Assembly: GCA_050012475.1 (NCBI GenBank)
Contig: JBEKHC010000002.1
Location: 44,981-108,980 of the forward strand
DNA length: 64,000 bases
Source of the DNA: Candidatus Velthaea sp.
Lineage (GTDB): Bacteria > Vulcanimicrobiota > Vulcanimicrobiia > Vulcanimicrobiales > Vulcanimicrobiaceae
Reading direction: 5' to 3'
This document shows positions 34,730 to 45,500 of this stretch, piece after piece. Numbering within the stretch: position 1 is the first letter of the stretch; each line of letters starts with the position of its first letter. The notes under the pieces were generated by a model that saw only the letters and a list, made by a program, of their open reading frames with translations, searched no databases and was not told the origin of the DNA. Made by a program: the position numbers and the translations under genes.

Positions 34730-35202
34730 CTAGCCCTCTTCGATCGCGAACGTGAACGTCGCCGGCCGGCCGATCAGGAAGGTTCCCGACCAGACGCGCC
34801 CGCGCAGCGTGATGAGAACCGCACCGAGCAGCGCGAGCGCGGCGAACGTGATGAACCCGCTGGCGAACGTGCCCGAGGCTGCGCGCGAGATGCCCAGGAG
34901 ATTGGACAGATAGAAACCGCCGATGCCGCCGGCCGCACCGACAATGCCGGTAATGATGCCGATCTCCTTGCCGAAGCGCTGCGGAACGATTTGGAAGACG
35001 GCGCCGTTGCCGGCGCCCAAACAGCCGACGGCAGCAAAAACGAGGATCTGACCAATCGCCAGCGGCGGTGCGAGCGCAATTCCGAACGCCAGCGCCGCAA
35101 AAGCGATGAACACGACGCGCAGGACTGGCACGCCGCCGACGCGGTCCGCGATCAATCCGCCGATCGGCCGCAGCATGCTGCCGACTAGCGACGCGCTTCA
35201 CG
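34730..35202 (-). pseudogene. NarK/NasA-type MFS nitrate/nitrite transporter, C-terminal remnant
   Basis: RPIGGLIADRVGG, GAGNGAVFQIVPQRF and GIVGAAGGIGGF, but only ~150 codons remain. A likely original SD+GTG AAG CGC at ~35200 is out of frame. Confidence 0.8.
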
Positions 35203-35303
35203 CAGAATACTCCAATTTCCAGTTTCCGGTGGTGAGCGTCAGTATCTGCGAAACGGATTGCGTTCGCTATGGACCAATCGCGGAACATTCGGCACCGGCC
35301 TTA

Positions 35304-36481
35304 TCAACTTGGAGCAACGGCTTCGATGCGGACGGCGCACCTTTTGAACGGCGGCATCTTCGAGTGCGGATCGAGCGAGCCGCCGACGACGGCATTGATG
35401 GATTCGTATTCGCCCCAATGAAACGGCGCGAAAATAAGTTCCGGCCGGATCGTTTCCGTGACCCGCGCGCGCACTGCTACCGATGCGCGGCGCGAAGAGA
35501 TGCGCATCATATCGCCGTCGCTGATGCCGGCCTGCGCCGCGAGCGCCGGATGAATTTCCGCGTACGGCTCGCCGACCGCAGCCACGAGCCGCGCGACGCG
35601 GCGGGTCTGGGTACCGGAATTGTAATGCTCGCGCACGCGGCCGGTCGTCAGCGTCCAGGGGTACCGTTCGTCGGGGCTCTCGCCGGCAATCTCGGTGTTG
35701 ACGTCGATGAATGCGGCGCGGCCGTCCGCGGTGGGAAACGCGTGCGTGAAGAGTGCCGGCGTGCCGGGATGATCGACCGCCGGCACGGGCCAGACGAGTC
35801 GTTCGCCGTTGCGCAGCCTGGCGTAAGTAACGCCGCTGTAGTCAGCGCGTCCGCCGGCGCTGGCCCGCCGAAGTTCGTCGAAAACCGCTTCGGGTTCTTC
35901 GCTCGGCAGCAGCGCCGGTGCGCCCAAGCGCCGCGCGAGTTCGCGCAAAATAAACAGATCGCTGCGCGGACCCGGCGGTGCATCGAGGTAGCGTTCGCGC
36001 AGCAGGACGCGTTGCGAGCGGATTTCCGCCCGCGACGAGCAGCGTCTCGGCCTCGCCGATCCATCCCAGCGGGAACGGCAGTCCGCGATCGATCCCCAGC
36101 GAGCGGTTCGCAGCCGCCGCGGCCGACGACATGCAAAAGCGGCCGTTATAGTCGAAGTTTGATGTACCGAGCGCGAGGCGGGCGAATTTTCCCAGCGCAT
36201 ACGTCTTTTCATTCGTGAGCGAGCCGCTGCCGAAGGTTGCCGGCGGCGGCCGCGTCGAGCGCTTCGTCCCAGCTCACGGCCACGAGGTTGCCATCGCGTC
36301 GAACGAGGGGTGTCAGCTGGCGCTCCGGGTGGGCGAGCGTCTCGGCGGCGCTGTACCCTTTCATGCACAATTCGCCGGCATTGACGTCAAAGGTGCCGTC
36401 CCCGACCGCCGCGTACGCCCCGTTGCGCGGTTCGATCGTCATCGCGCACTGCAGGGCGCAATAGGGGCAGTGGGTTCGCAT
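35304..36481 (-). pseudogene. Assimilatory nitrate reductase (NasA/NarB-type molybdopterin oxidoreductase) with two frameshifting deletions
   Basis: Three frame segments: THCPYCALQC…LCMKG; FGSGSLTNEKTY…DYNGRFCMSSA; and LTTGRVREHYNSGTQTRR…LDPHSKMPPFK. Total length is only ~1.2 kb. Confidence 0.88.
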
Positions 36482-36580
36482 CCGGTGACAGACGGCGCCG
36501 AGCCGTCCCGTTCCGCTGGCCGTTTGGCAAAGCCCGTGGCAGGGCCGGTGCTCCGCGGCGGGCAAATTCACGAAGCTTGC

Positions 36581-36652
36581 GGGCCTGTAGCTCAGCGGTA
36601 GAGCAGCCGGCTCATAACTGGTAGCGCGCTGGTTCGAATCCAGCCGGGCCCA
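36581..36652 (+). tRNA. tRNA with CAT anticodon (likely Ile2; Met not excluded)
   Basis: Cloverleaf GGGCCTG/CGGGCCC, anticodon loop CTCATAA, T loop TTCGAAT. CCA is not encoded. Confidence 0.9.
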
Positions 36653-36718
36653 CAGCTAGTCTTGGGGGGACGAGCACGCTGCTACTCTCCCGCCGGTCCC
36701 GCGGTCTACACGTTGCTT

Positions 36719-36793
36719 GGCGCCATAGTCTATCGGTTAGGACGCTGCCCTTTCAAGGCGGAGAGACGGGTTCGATTCCCGTTGGCGCTACCA
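36719..36793 (+). tRNA. tRNA-Glu(TTC)
   Basis: GGCGCCA/TGGCGCT acceptor stem, loop CTTTCAA, TTCGATT and encoded CCA. Confidence 0.95.
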
Positions 36794-37285
36794 ACAATAT
36801 GCGCTCTTCTCAGCGCAAGCCTGCGAGCATCTCCCTGTCCCGATCGCCGTCAACCGATCGACCGCCGCCGGTCAGCAAAGCGAGCCTGCGGGACCTTGAA
36901 TGAAGGGCTTCGGGAAGACGCACGCCTACGGCGGCACGTCGCACACCGCCGGAGCAAAGCACGTGCCGCATCGCCGACAATGAAATTGCCGCCGAGCGCG
37001 AACGCCCAATCGGCTTGACAAAAACCGGCACCTGAGCGTAGTGCTCGTCGACCCGTCCTCCGTGTCGATGGATGTGATGAATGCGATTCGCGCGTTCGAT
37101 GAGGCGACGACCTGCCGCGCGTTAGCGCGATCACGCACGAAGGGCGAGAAGCGCACGGGTGCAAGCAAGTTTGGCTGTCGAAGGAGCAGGTTGGTCCGCC
37201 TTGAACGAGTGCGGCAAATTTCATCGGTGGCCGCCTGGGCTGACTTCTGTTTCGCGTTTGCTCTGTCGACAATCGGAGGTCAACT

Positions 37286-38914
37286 TTGCCTCGCTATCGC
37301 ACCGCGCTGTATCGCACGTGTTGTGCTCCACTGTTCGTCTTGCTGGTCGCGTGCATCTTCGTACACCTGACCGGCGGCCGCGCGCAAGCGGCGTCCGCCT
37401 TCGGCGCACGACCGGCTTGGGTCATCGCCTGGAAAGCGTGTCCGCCCGGATCGGTCGCCGCACTTGCGGGCTTCAACTGCTTATCGATCGACGTGCCGTT
37501 GGATTATCGCTATCCGAACGGCCCCAGCATCAAACTAGCGGTCGTGAACCATCCGGCAACAGACCGCGCGCACCGCATCGGGACGCTGTTCGTCAATCCC
37601 GGCGGCCCGGGCGGCGCGGGCACGGTGGACATCCCCGGCTGGATCGGCTACTTTCCGCCGGCCCTCGTGCAACGATTCGATATCGCGAGCTGGGATCCGC
37701 GTGGCATCGGTTCGAGCACGGCGGTGCAGTGTTTTCCCAATGCGAACGCGGAGGCACGGTTCCTCGGCGACAACGCAGATTTTCCGCCGACCGAGGCCGA
37801 TCAAGCGTCGTACATCGAAACCTGGCTCGGGTTTGGAAGGCACTGTTTCGCGTTCAGCGGCTCGTTGCTCGAGCATACGTCGACGGCCGATACGGCGCGC
37901 GATCTCGAAACGCTGCGCCGGCGCATCGGCGAAGGCAAGATCAACTATCTGGGCTTGTCGTACGGCACGTATCTCGGTGCAACCTACGTGAATCTGTTTC
38001 CCGACAACTTGCGCGCCGTCGTGCTCGACGGAAACGTGGCGCCCAGCGCATGGACGGCGACTGGACCGGGCGGGAATTCCCAGAGTTTGTCGGCCCGCAT
38101 CGGCACCGACGTGCTGACCGCGCGCGTGTTCAACGACTTTCTGAACCTGTGCGGGCAAACCGATGTGGCGCACTGTGCGTTTTCGGCCGGCTCACCCGCT
38201 GCCACCCGGGCCCGGTGGGAAGCTTTGGCGGCGCGTTTGCGTCAAGGCCCGATCTTTTTGTCCGGCACGAAGAAGATCGCGTACGCCACACTGATCGATC
38301 AGATCCAGTCGGCGGCGCTCATCGTCGTGCAGCCGCATGTCAATCCGCTCTCGCCGGAGCAGGGGAGCACCGGTTGGCCGGGGATTGCGGCGGCATTCGA
38401 ATCGCTGTGGCAGGCGCGCAACAATCCGCCCGTTCCGTTGCCGACTCCGCCGCCGTCATCGAAGACGACGCCGCCGTACGGAGGCGCGGAATCGTTTTAC
38501 ACCGTTGCTTGCGGCGATGCCCCGGTGCCGCCGACCGCAGCGTTTCCGCGGCTCTCCGCCAAGGCCGAGCAGCGGGCGGGTCCGTTCGGTTTGGCCGCAG
38601 TGTGGTTGGACGAGCCCTGCTCTTCGTGGCCGATTCACACCCAAAACGGTTATGCGGGACCGTTCAACCACTGGACATCGACGCCGATCCTCGTGATCGG
38701 AAACTACGGTGACCCGTCCACGCCGTATGCCGACGCCGTCGCGATGTCGCGGGAATTGGCGCGCGCGCGGCTGCTGTCCGTCGACGGTTACGGACACACG
38801 GTCTTCCTCAATCCAAGTTCGTGCGCAAATGCTGCGATGACCGCCTATTACATCTCCGGAACGCTGCCCGCGCCAGGCACGGTGTGTCGAGAAGACCGGC
38901 GCCCGTTCCAATAG
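37286..38914 (+). CDS. Secreted alpha/beta hydrolase, TAP-like (S33) peptidase family
   Basis: VNPGGPGG, WDPRGIG, nucleophile GLSYG, GDPSTP and GHT. The start is uncertain. Confidence 0.88.
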   Translation: MPRYRTALYRTCCAPLFVLLVACIFVHLTGGRAQAASAFGARPAWVIAWKACPPGSVAALAGFNCLSIDVPLDYRYPNGPSIKLAVVNHPATDRAHRIGTLFVNPGGPGGAGTVDIPGWIGYFPPALVQRFDIASWDPRGIGSSTAVQCFPNANAEARFLGDNADFPPTEADQASYIETWLGFGRHCFAFSGSLLEHTSTADTARDLETLRRRIGEGKINYLGLSYGTYLGATYVNLFPDNLRAVVLDGNVAPSAWTATGPGGNSQSLSARIGTDVLTARVFNDFLNLCGQTDVAHCAFSAGSPAATRARWEALAARLRQGPIFLSGTKKIAYATLIDQIQSAALIVVQPHVNPLSPEQGSTGWPGIAAAFESLWQARNNPPVPLPTPPPSSKTTPPYGGAESFYTVACGDAPVPPTAAFPRLSAKAEQRAGPFGLAAVWLDEPCSSWPIHTQNGYAGPFNHWTSTPILVIGNYGDPSTPYADAVAMSRELARARLLSVDGYGHTVFLNPSSCANAAMTAYYISGTLPAPGTVCREDRRPFQ

Positions 38915-39580
38915 CTAACGGAACGCCTGGAAGAAGCCGCGCTGCTTTTGCAGCGGGTGTTGTTTGAACGCGATGTTCTTGAAGCCGAACTCCGTGAGCA
39001 TGGCGCGGACGCAGGCGACGTTCGGTCCCCACCAATTGCTCGGATCGCCGTTGAGCGTGGCGCCGGGGTAGAACCGCATCACGGGGCGTCGGTCGTTGCG
39101 CGCGTCGAGGTGCGTTTCCAACACTAATCGTTCGGTCACCACCGAGGCGATGCGCTCGAGCGCATCGAGCGGATCCTTGAGATGATAGAGCACGCCGAGG
39201 AACAAGACGACGTCGAACTGACCTGCGGTTTCCGGCGTGAGGTCATGGACGTTAAAAATCTTATCTTCGATAACGAAGCCGACCGCTTCACGGGCAAAAT
39301 TGAACGAGGCATAGCCGCGGCCTCGCCATCCGTCCCAATCCATCGCCAGGACGCGGCTTGCACCCCGCCGCTTTGCCTCAAAACTGAAATACCCGTCGGA
39401 AGCCCCGATGTCGAGTACGGACTTTCCCTTCACCGGATAGCGGAACACGAGCTCGGCTTCGCGCGCAAGCATCTTCGGAGTCTTTTTTCCAGGCGTGACC
39501 AGTCCACCGTCGAATTTTATCGAGTGCCACCAGTGCAAAGCCTCAACCTGGGCTCGCGTTATCGCTCGGCCGTCGATCAA
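38915..39580 (-). CDS. Class I SAM-dependent methyltransferase (DUF1698/CmoB-like)
   Basis: VLDIGASDGYFSF, FDVVLFLGVLYHL and SNWWGPN. GAGG SD before a TTG start. Confidence 0.85.
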   Translation of the reverse strand: MIDGRAITRAQVEALHWWHSIKFDGGLVTPGKKTPKMLAREAELVFRYPVKGKSVLDIGASDGYFSFEAKRRGASRVLAMDWDGWRGRGYASFNFAREAVGFVIEDKIFNVHDLTPETAGQFDVVLFLGVLYHLKDPLDALERIASVVTERLVLETHLDARNDRRPVMRFYPGATLNGDPSNWWGPNVACVRAMLTEFGFKNIAFKQHPLQKQRGFFQAFR

Positions 39581-39651
39581 GTCGCACCTCCTTTCGCGCA
39601 GCGCGTCGCTGCCCCGGGCTCTTCGCGGCGGGCAACATCGAATTCCTTACC

Positions 39652-41538
39652 ATGATGCAATCACGTTCAGCGTTGCTCCGTCGAAAGACGGTCTTTGCCT
39701 CGCCGCCGAAGATCCCGTTCGGATGCTGGACCATTGCCGCAATCGTTCTAGCGACGACCGCTGCGCACGCGACCCCATCATACGACCGGAGCCTGACCCA
39801 GCGTGTCACGACGGCGCATGCGACCCAGAGTCGCATCCAGGGTCAAATCGACCCCGGCAATCCAGGCGTGCAGCGGTTCTTGGGCATTCCGTTCGCCGCA
39901 CCGCCGGTGGGCGCGCTTCGCTGGCATGCGCCGGCCGAACCGGCAGCGTGGCCGGGTGTCCGAAGGGCCGTGCAATTCGGCAGCGAGTGCACCCAGCTTT
40001 CGGGTCTGTTCGATCCGAGCGCGAATCCGGCCGCGTTCGGAACGATGAGCGGAAGCGAAGACTGCCTGTATCTCAACGTCTTTCGGCCCGACACCAGCGC
40101 GGCAAACTTACCGGTGTTCTATTGGATCTACGGCGGCTCGAATCTCGCGGGCGGCGCGAACGATGCGATGTATAACGGCGCGAAGTTTGCGGCAGCGAAC
40201 GACGTCATCGTCGTTACGGTCAACTACCGTTTAGGGATGCTTGGATTTCTCTACGAGTCCGCACTGCACGCGAAAACGAACACCGCCGAAGACAACTCCG
40301 GCAACTTTGCGACGCTCGACCTCGTCCGCGGCTTGAATTGGGTGAACGAGAACATCGCAACCTTCGGCGGCGCCAAAGACAACGTCACGATCGCCGGTCA
40401 ATCCGCCGGCTGCATCGACACGTGGGGGCTCATCCAAACGCCGCTGGCGGCGCGCAAATTCCAGAAAGCCGTTTGTCTCTCGGGCATCCCGAACTCGTAT
40501 CCGACCGTCGAAGGCGAGGGGTTCGCCCACCAGATGGAAGACGGATTGCTCCAGGACCAAAACCCCGCAATGAGCTTTGCGGAGGCGGACAAAAAACGCC
40601 AATCGCTCAGCCCAGCGGCCATCGCGTTGCTGCTGCAGCACGCCTCAGCGGCCGAAATCATCAAGAATACGCCGCAGCCGGTGAATGCCGGTCACTTCAC
40701 CGACGGCACGGTCATCCCGGCGATTCTCGGCGTTCCGGGGATCCTCGCTTGCAACTACAATAAAGTGCCGATGATCATCGGCAGCGTCGATACGGAAGGT
40801 TCGCTCTTCGTGGGTCTCGGCGGCGGCTGGCGCGTCAGCGCGGCAACCCTGTGGAGCATGATGAACGGCGGCGTCCCGGCGCCGAGTGATGCAGCGATCA
40901 TCGCGCCGGCGTGGCGGCAAAATGCCGGCCAGCCATTTTCGTCCAGCGGCTATGCCAAGACGTCGCGCGTCCTTTCCGATCAAGTCATCTTCTTGACGGA
41001 TCAAGTCAACCGCTATCTGCAAGCTCAGCTTGCCTGCGCTCCGGCCCCCATCTACCGCTATCAGTTCCAGTGGAAAAACGAGCCCCAGCCGTGGCAAGCC
41101 ATCTACGGCAGCGAACACGCTCTTGACGTGCCATTTGTGTTCGGCAACTTTACCAAACCGTCGTTCCTCGGCTACGCCTACACGCCGGCAAATCGAACCG
41201 ATCGCGAAGATCTATCGAAGCTGATGAACAGCTACCTCGCGAATTTTCTGTGGAACGGCAATCCGAATGATGACCGCAGTAATCCGCATCCGTATTCCGC
41301 GGCCCCCAAGTGGAACGCGTGGACCGATCTGCCGGGCCTCAAAAAGCGCCTGATGTTGAACGCCACGCTGGGCAAAGCCGACGCGGGCGCGGCTTCGCAC
41401 ATGTCGAACGACGAGGAGCTCGCGGCAACGACGGACATCCTTACGCTGCCTCGCGTCGGCTACGTCTTTGCCCAATCGTTCCTGAAGTCGTTCGTGCCGC
41501 AGGGATGGCTTACGAAACTCGGGCTGAGCATTCCGTGA
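39652..41538 (+). CDS. Secreted type-B carboxylesterase/lipase
   Basis: FLGIPFAAPPVGALRW, SEDCLYLNV, NYRLG, GQSAG and SEHALD. Confidence 0.92.
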   Translation: MMQSRSALLRRKTVFASPPKIPFGCWTIAAIVLATTAAHATPSYDRSLTQRVTTAHATQSRIQGQIDPGNPGVQRFLGIPFAAPPVGALRWHAPAEPAAWPGVRRAVQFGSECTQLSGLFDPSANPAAFGTMSGSEDCLYLNVFRPDTSAANLPVFYWIYGGSNLAGGANDAMYNGAKFAAANDVIVVTVNYRLGMLGFLYESALHAKTNTAEDNSGNFATLDLVRGLNWVNENIATFGGAKDNVTIAGQSAGCIDTWGLIQTPLAARKFQKAVCLSGIPNSYPTVEGEGFAHQMEDGLLQDQNPAMSFAEADKKRQSLSPAAIALLLQHASAAEIIKNTPQPVNAGHFTDGTVIPAILGVPGILACNYNKVPMIIGSVDTEGSLFVGLGGGWRVSAATLWSMMNGGVPAPSDAAIIAPAWRQNAGQPFSSSGYAKTSRVLSDQVIFLTDQVNRYLQAQLACAPAPIYRYQFQWKNEPQPWQAIYGSEHALDVPFVFGNFTKPSFLGYAYTPANRTDREDLSKLMNSYLANFLWNGNPNDDRSNPHPYSAAPKWNAWTDLPGLKKRLMLNATLGKADAGAASHMSNDEELAATTDILTLPRVGYVFAQSFLKSFVPQGWLTKLGLSIP

Positions 41539-41638
41539 TGGCGGACATAGGGTAACGCGCCGCAGCCGGGGAGTCTCCGGCGCCATTTGCGGCGAAACGG
41601 CAAATGATGGTGGTTGCAGCGATTGAGGGCGAGTACCG

Positions 41639-42367
41639 ATGAGCGCGAGCAAGAAGCAGATTATCGCGGATCTCATCGATCAGGCGCGCCATTTCTACTT
41701 CTGCGATCCGTCGAACAACCGCGACGAGCGTACGGCCGTGACCTCGGGTTATCGCTACCTGATCGTTCAATTCAAGCGACTGGCGGGCCCCGTGCTGCCC
41801 GAGAAATCGGCGTCGCGGCTCAACGCGATCGAGGTCGAGATTGATAACCTCGCGTCGGCGCTCGACGCGCGCGCCAAACTCGATGCGCTTCTTCCCGACA
41901 TCGAAGCCTCGCTCGAGAATCTCGACAGTGCGGGCATACCGGTCACGACGAACCGCTGGATCGTCGAACCGGCGATCGTCAGCCGTCTGGCGACGACGAA
42001 GTCGGCTCACGTCAACGTTGCGTCGCTGGTTCGGATGTGCACGGAGATCAACTCGTCCTACGCTAACCGGAACCTCCTCGCGACCGTCTTGCTGATGCGA
42101 GCGGTGCTCACCCACATCCCCGCGTTGTTCGGCTATGGTTCCTTCGCCGAAGTGCTGGCCAACGTCGGCAACGGTTTGGATGAGAGTTTCGCGCACCTTG
42201 AAACCGGGTTGCAGCGATTGGCTGAACTTCACACCGACCGCCGGGTCGGATCGTCGGCCGTCTATCCTTCGGTCGTGCAGGTCGATCCCTTGAAACCGCA
42301 CTTCGCCTCGATCATGCAGCAGGTGGAGACGCGCATTCGAAACGATACGGCGAGCGCTGCGACGTAG
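41639..42367 (+). CDS. Hypothetical protein with HEPN-like C-terminal domain
   Basis: LVRMCTEINSSY…LLMRAVLTHIPALFG…LQRLAELH (RxxxxH). SD GAGGG upstream. Confidence 0.6.
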   Translation: MSASKKQIIADLIDQARHFYFCDPSNNRDERTAVTSGYRYLIVQFKRLAGPVLPEKSASRLNAIEVEIDNLASALDARAKLDALLPDIEASLENLDSAGIPVTTNRWIVEPAIVSRLATTKSAHVNVASLVRMCTEINSSYANRNLLATVLLMRAVLTHIPALFGYGSFAEVLANVGNGLDESFAHLETGLQRLAELHTDRRVGSSAVYPSVVQVDPLKPHFASIMQQVETRIRNDTASAAT

Positions 42368-42588
42368 GCAGGATCGAGGTCGCACCGTTGCGGTACGCCC
42401 CGGAGCTCGATCCGTACAGACTGCGTAAACCGGTACACCGCGCCGTTGCCGGTGTCTAAGGCCGGCGTAAACGCGCTCATTTCTCTGGGCAGGCCTGTCG
42501 AAACTCATAGCATGCTAGTCAAACCTCTGAGCGAGGCGGGCGCCTTCGAGCGCGCGAACCGGCCCCAACGCACCCGCAAGAACTAGTC

Positions 42589-45500
42589 ATGACCGGATGC
42601 GGCGTCGCTCAATCCGCGGATTCGGCGGCTGCCCGGCATCCGCGCGTCATCGGCTGGGTTTCCACGGCAGCGCTGGCGCTGGGCGGCAGCAACCAAAGCC
42701 TGTTTCTGATCGGCGCGTTGTTCGCCGGTCAAGGTGCCATCCCGGGTCAAGGGAGCGCCGCAGTCCCACTGCTCATCGTTGGGCTGTTGCTGAGTTGGGC
42801 GGCGGCCCCCGGCTGGACCGAACTGGCGTTGCTGTCCCCGAATCGGGTCGGCGGAATCGCAGCGGTCTGTTCCGACGCGTTTCGCCCCTACAGTCTCGTT
42901 CTTTCTGCGTTGACCGGCAGTTGCTATTGGTGGGGCTGGGTCCCCACGTGCGGGCTCACGGCGATTCTGTCCGCGTCGGCAATCCAACAGTGGTTTTTGC
43001 CGTCGCTCCCGGTCAATGCGATCGCGATTGCGCTCATCCTGATGTTCGTTGCCGTCAATTTGTCGGGTTTGCGATCGGTTGCGGCGCTCGCAATTCCGAT
43101 CTGCAGCGTGTCGTCGCTGCTCGCGTTCCTGTCCGCGCTCGTGCCGGTGCTGACCGGTCACGTGGATTGGCATCGAGCAACGACGTTTGCGCTGACGACA
43201 CCGTTTGCGGGCTGGTTCGGCAGCGTGACCTCGCTCATGGCCGGGCTTTATCTGATCGGCTTTGCCGCGCCCGCATTCGAGGCGGCCACCTGTCACGTCG
43301 GCGAGACGATCGATCCGGTGCGCAACGTGCCGCGCGCCGTGCTCGCCAGCGCCGCTTGCGCCGGGCTGTATTTCATTGTTTTGCCGGTCATTTGGCTGGG
43401 AGCCGTGGGCTCGGGTCCGCTCGGAGGCGATCTTGCCGTCGAACTCGGGCCGACGTTCGCGCCTTGGTTCGGCGCCGCGGCCAAAGCCTTGGCGATCGGC
43501 TTCATGACGTTCAATATGCTGCCCGGAACGCTGCAGCCGCTTGCCGGCGCGTCCCGAACGCTCGCGCAGCTCTCCGAAGACGGGATCTTCCCGCGCTTCT
43601 TGGCACGGCGGTCCAAGCGCGACGTTCCCTGGATCGCGACGCTGGTGACCGCCGCCGGAGCAATTTCCTTTTTGCTCATCGGCGACCCGATCTGGCTCAT
43701 CGCCGGCGCGAATTTCGCCTATCTGATCGCCATTTGCTTGCCGAGCGTCGCCGTGTGGCTGCTGCGCCGCGACGCTCCGCACCTCGAACGTCCCTACCGC
43801 GCACCGCGGGGCACGATCGGCCTCGGTCTCGCCGCCGCCGGAGCGTGGACGGTGTCGGCGGTCTTGGGATTCGAGCAGTTCGGTTTGCCGACCGTCCTCA
43901 TCGGTTTGGTCATGGCCTATTCGGGCGGAGCGCTCTTCTTGTGGCGCAAGCTCGAAGACCGCCGGCGCGGCAATCTTCGGGGCATCCCGCGTTCGCTGCA
44001 CGTCACGCTGACGGGGATGATGGTGACCGTGCTCTCGCTCGACGGCGGCGGATACTTTATCGCAATCAACGCAATTGCCAAGAGCGATCCGCGCGTCATC
44101 GCCGGGCTGCAAGACATCTTCGTCATCGTCGCCCTGCTGACCATCGGCGCCGGTCTGGCGCTGCCGAATATGATCGCCGATGCGGCGACGCGCGAGCTGG
44201 GGATCTCGAATGCGACCCTGCGCCGCGGCGCAGCCGCGCTTCACACCGAGATCTCCGAACGAAAGCTCGCTGAGGCGCGGCTGTTGTACGCCGCATCGCA
44301 CGACGAGCTGACCGGCCTCGCAAACCGCGCCCATTTCATGGAGCGCTTCAACCAGCTCATTGCCCGGGTCCAACGCACTCCGGGCCATTTCAGCGCGGTC
44401 TTGTTCCTCGACCTGGATCGGTTCAAGCGGATCAACGACAGTCTTGGACACATGGCCGGAGATCAGCTGCTCATCGCGGTCGCACGGCGCCTCGAGTGCT
44501 GCCTGCGGGCGTGCGACGTGCTGGCGCGCATGGGCGGCGACGAGTTCACCATTCTCTTGGAAGAAGTCGACGGAGAAAGCGGCGCGGCGGCGGTAGCGGA
44601 GCGCATCCTCGCGGATTTGAATCTTCCGTTCCAAATCTTGGGCCGCGAAGTCTACGCCTCGGCGAGCATCGGCATCGCACTCACCCAAACCGGCTACGAT
44701 TCCCCCGAAGACATCTTGCGCGACGCCGACATCGCCATGTATCGGGCCAAGGATTTGGGCAAACAGGGGTACGCGCTCTTTGCACCCGAGCTGCTGACCC
44801 AGGCCGTCACGCTGCTGCAGCTGGAGAACGACCTCAAGGGCGCGCTCGAGCGGCGCGAATTCGTGCTCTACTATCAGCCGATCGTATCACTCCACGACGG
44901 TGAGCTGCGCGGATTTGAGGCGCTGATCCGCTGGCAGCATCCGCAGCGCGGTCTCATCAATCCCGATGAATTCATTCCGTCGGCGGAAGAAAGCGGAGCG
45001 ATCTTAGCGATCGGCGCTTGGGTTATCGAAGACGCTTGCCGTCAGGCCGCGTGTTGGCGCGCCCAATTCGACGAGCCCGAGCCTTTCGCGATCAGCGTGA
45101 ACCTGTCGGCAAAGCAATTCTCCAACGGTGCCGAGCTGCTCGCGCAGATCGAGCGCAACTTGAACGCGTTCGATCTGGACCCGCGCTTCTTGCACGTCGA
45201 AATCACCGAAAGCGCGATCATGCGCAATCCCGACCTTGCGACGGTCACGCTGTTGGAACTGCGCCGTTTGGGCATCGAAGTCCACCTCGACGATTTCGGC
45301 ACGGGCTACTCGTCGCTGGGCTATCTGCAACGCTTTCCGGTCGACACGCTCAAAATCGACCGCTCGTTCATCAGCAGTCCGTCGCTGTCCAGCGTGCGCA
45401 ATCCCGAGATCGTGCAGACGATAACGTCGCTGGCTGGCAGCCTCGGCCTCACCACAACGGCCGAGGGTATCGAAACCGCCGCTCAACTCGAGCATCTCCG

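Noticed and set aside
31789..34755. 988-aa plus-strand ORF (likewise 8309-10003, 20575-22275, 22347-24356, 42583-44688 and others)
   Set aside because: These are antisense or shadow frames of well-supported genes. Long open frames are expected at this GC content, and they are Arg/Ala-rich with no motifs.
35304..36481. Programmed frameshifting or selenocysteine recoding in the nitrate reductase
   Set aside because: The frame changes coincide with missing sequence blocks. There is no slippery site, and no in-frame TGA at a catalytic position.
36800..37280. Overlapping short ORFs after tRNA-Glu
   Set aside because: No recognisable motif or consistent frame. Probably degraded DNA, so not annotated.
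42368..42588. c-di-GMP riboswitch upstream of the GGDEF-EAL fusion
   Set aside because: It lacks the GGCAAA/GAAA-tetraloop/receptor pattern of class I and shows no class II features.
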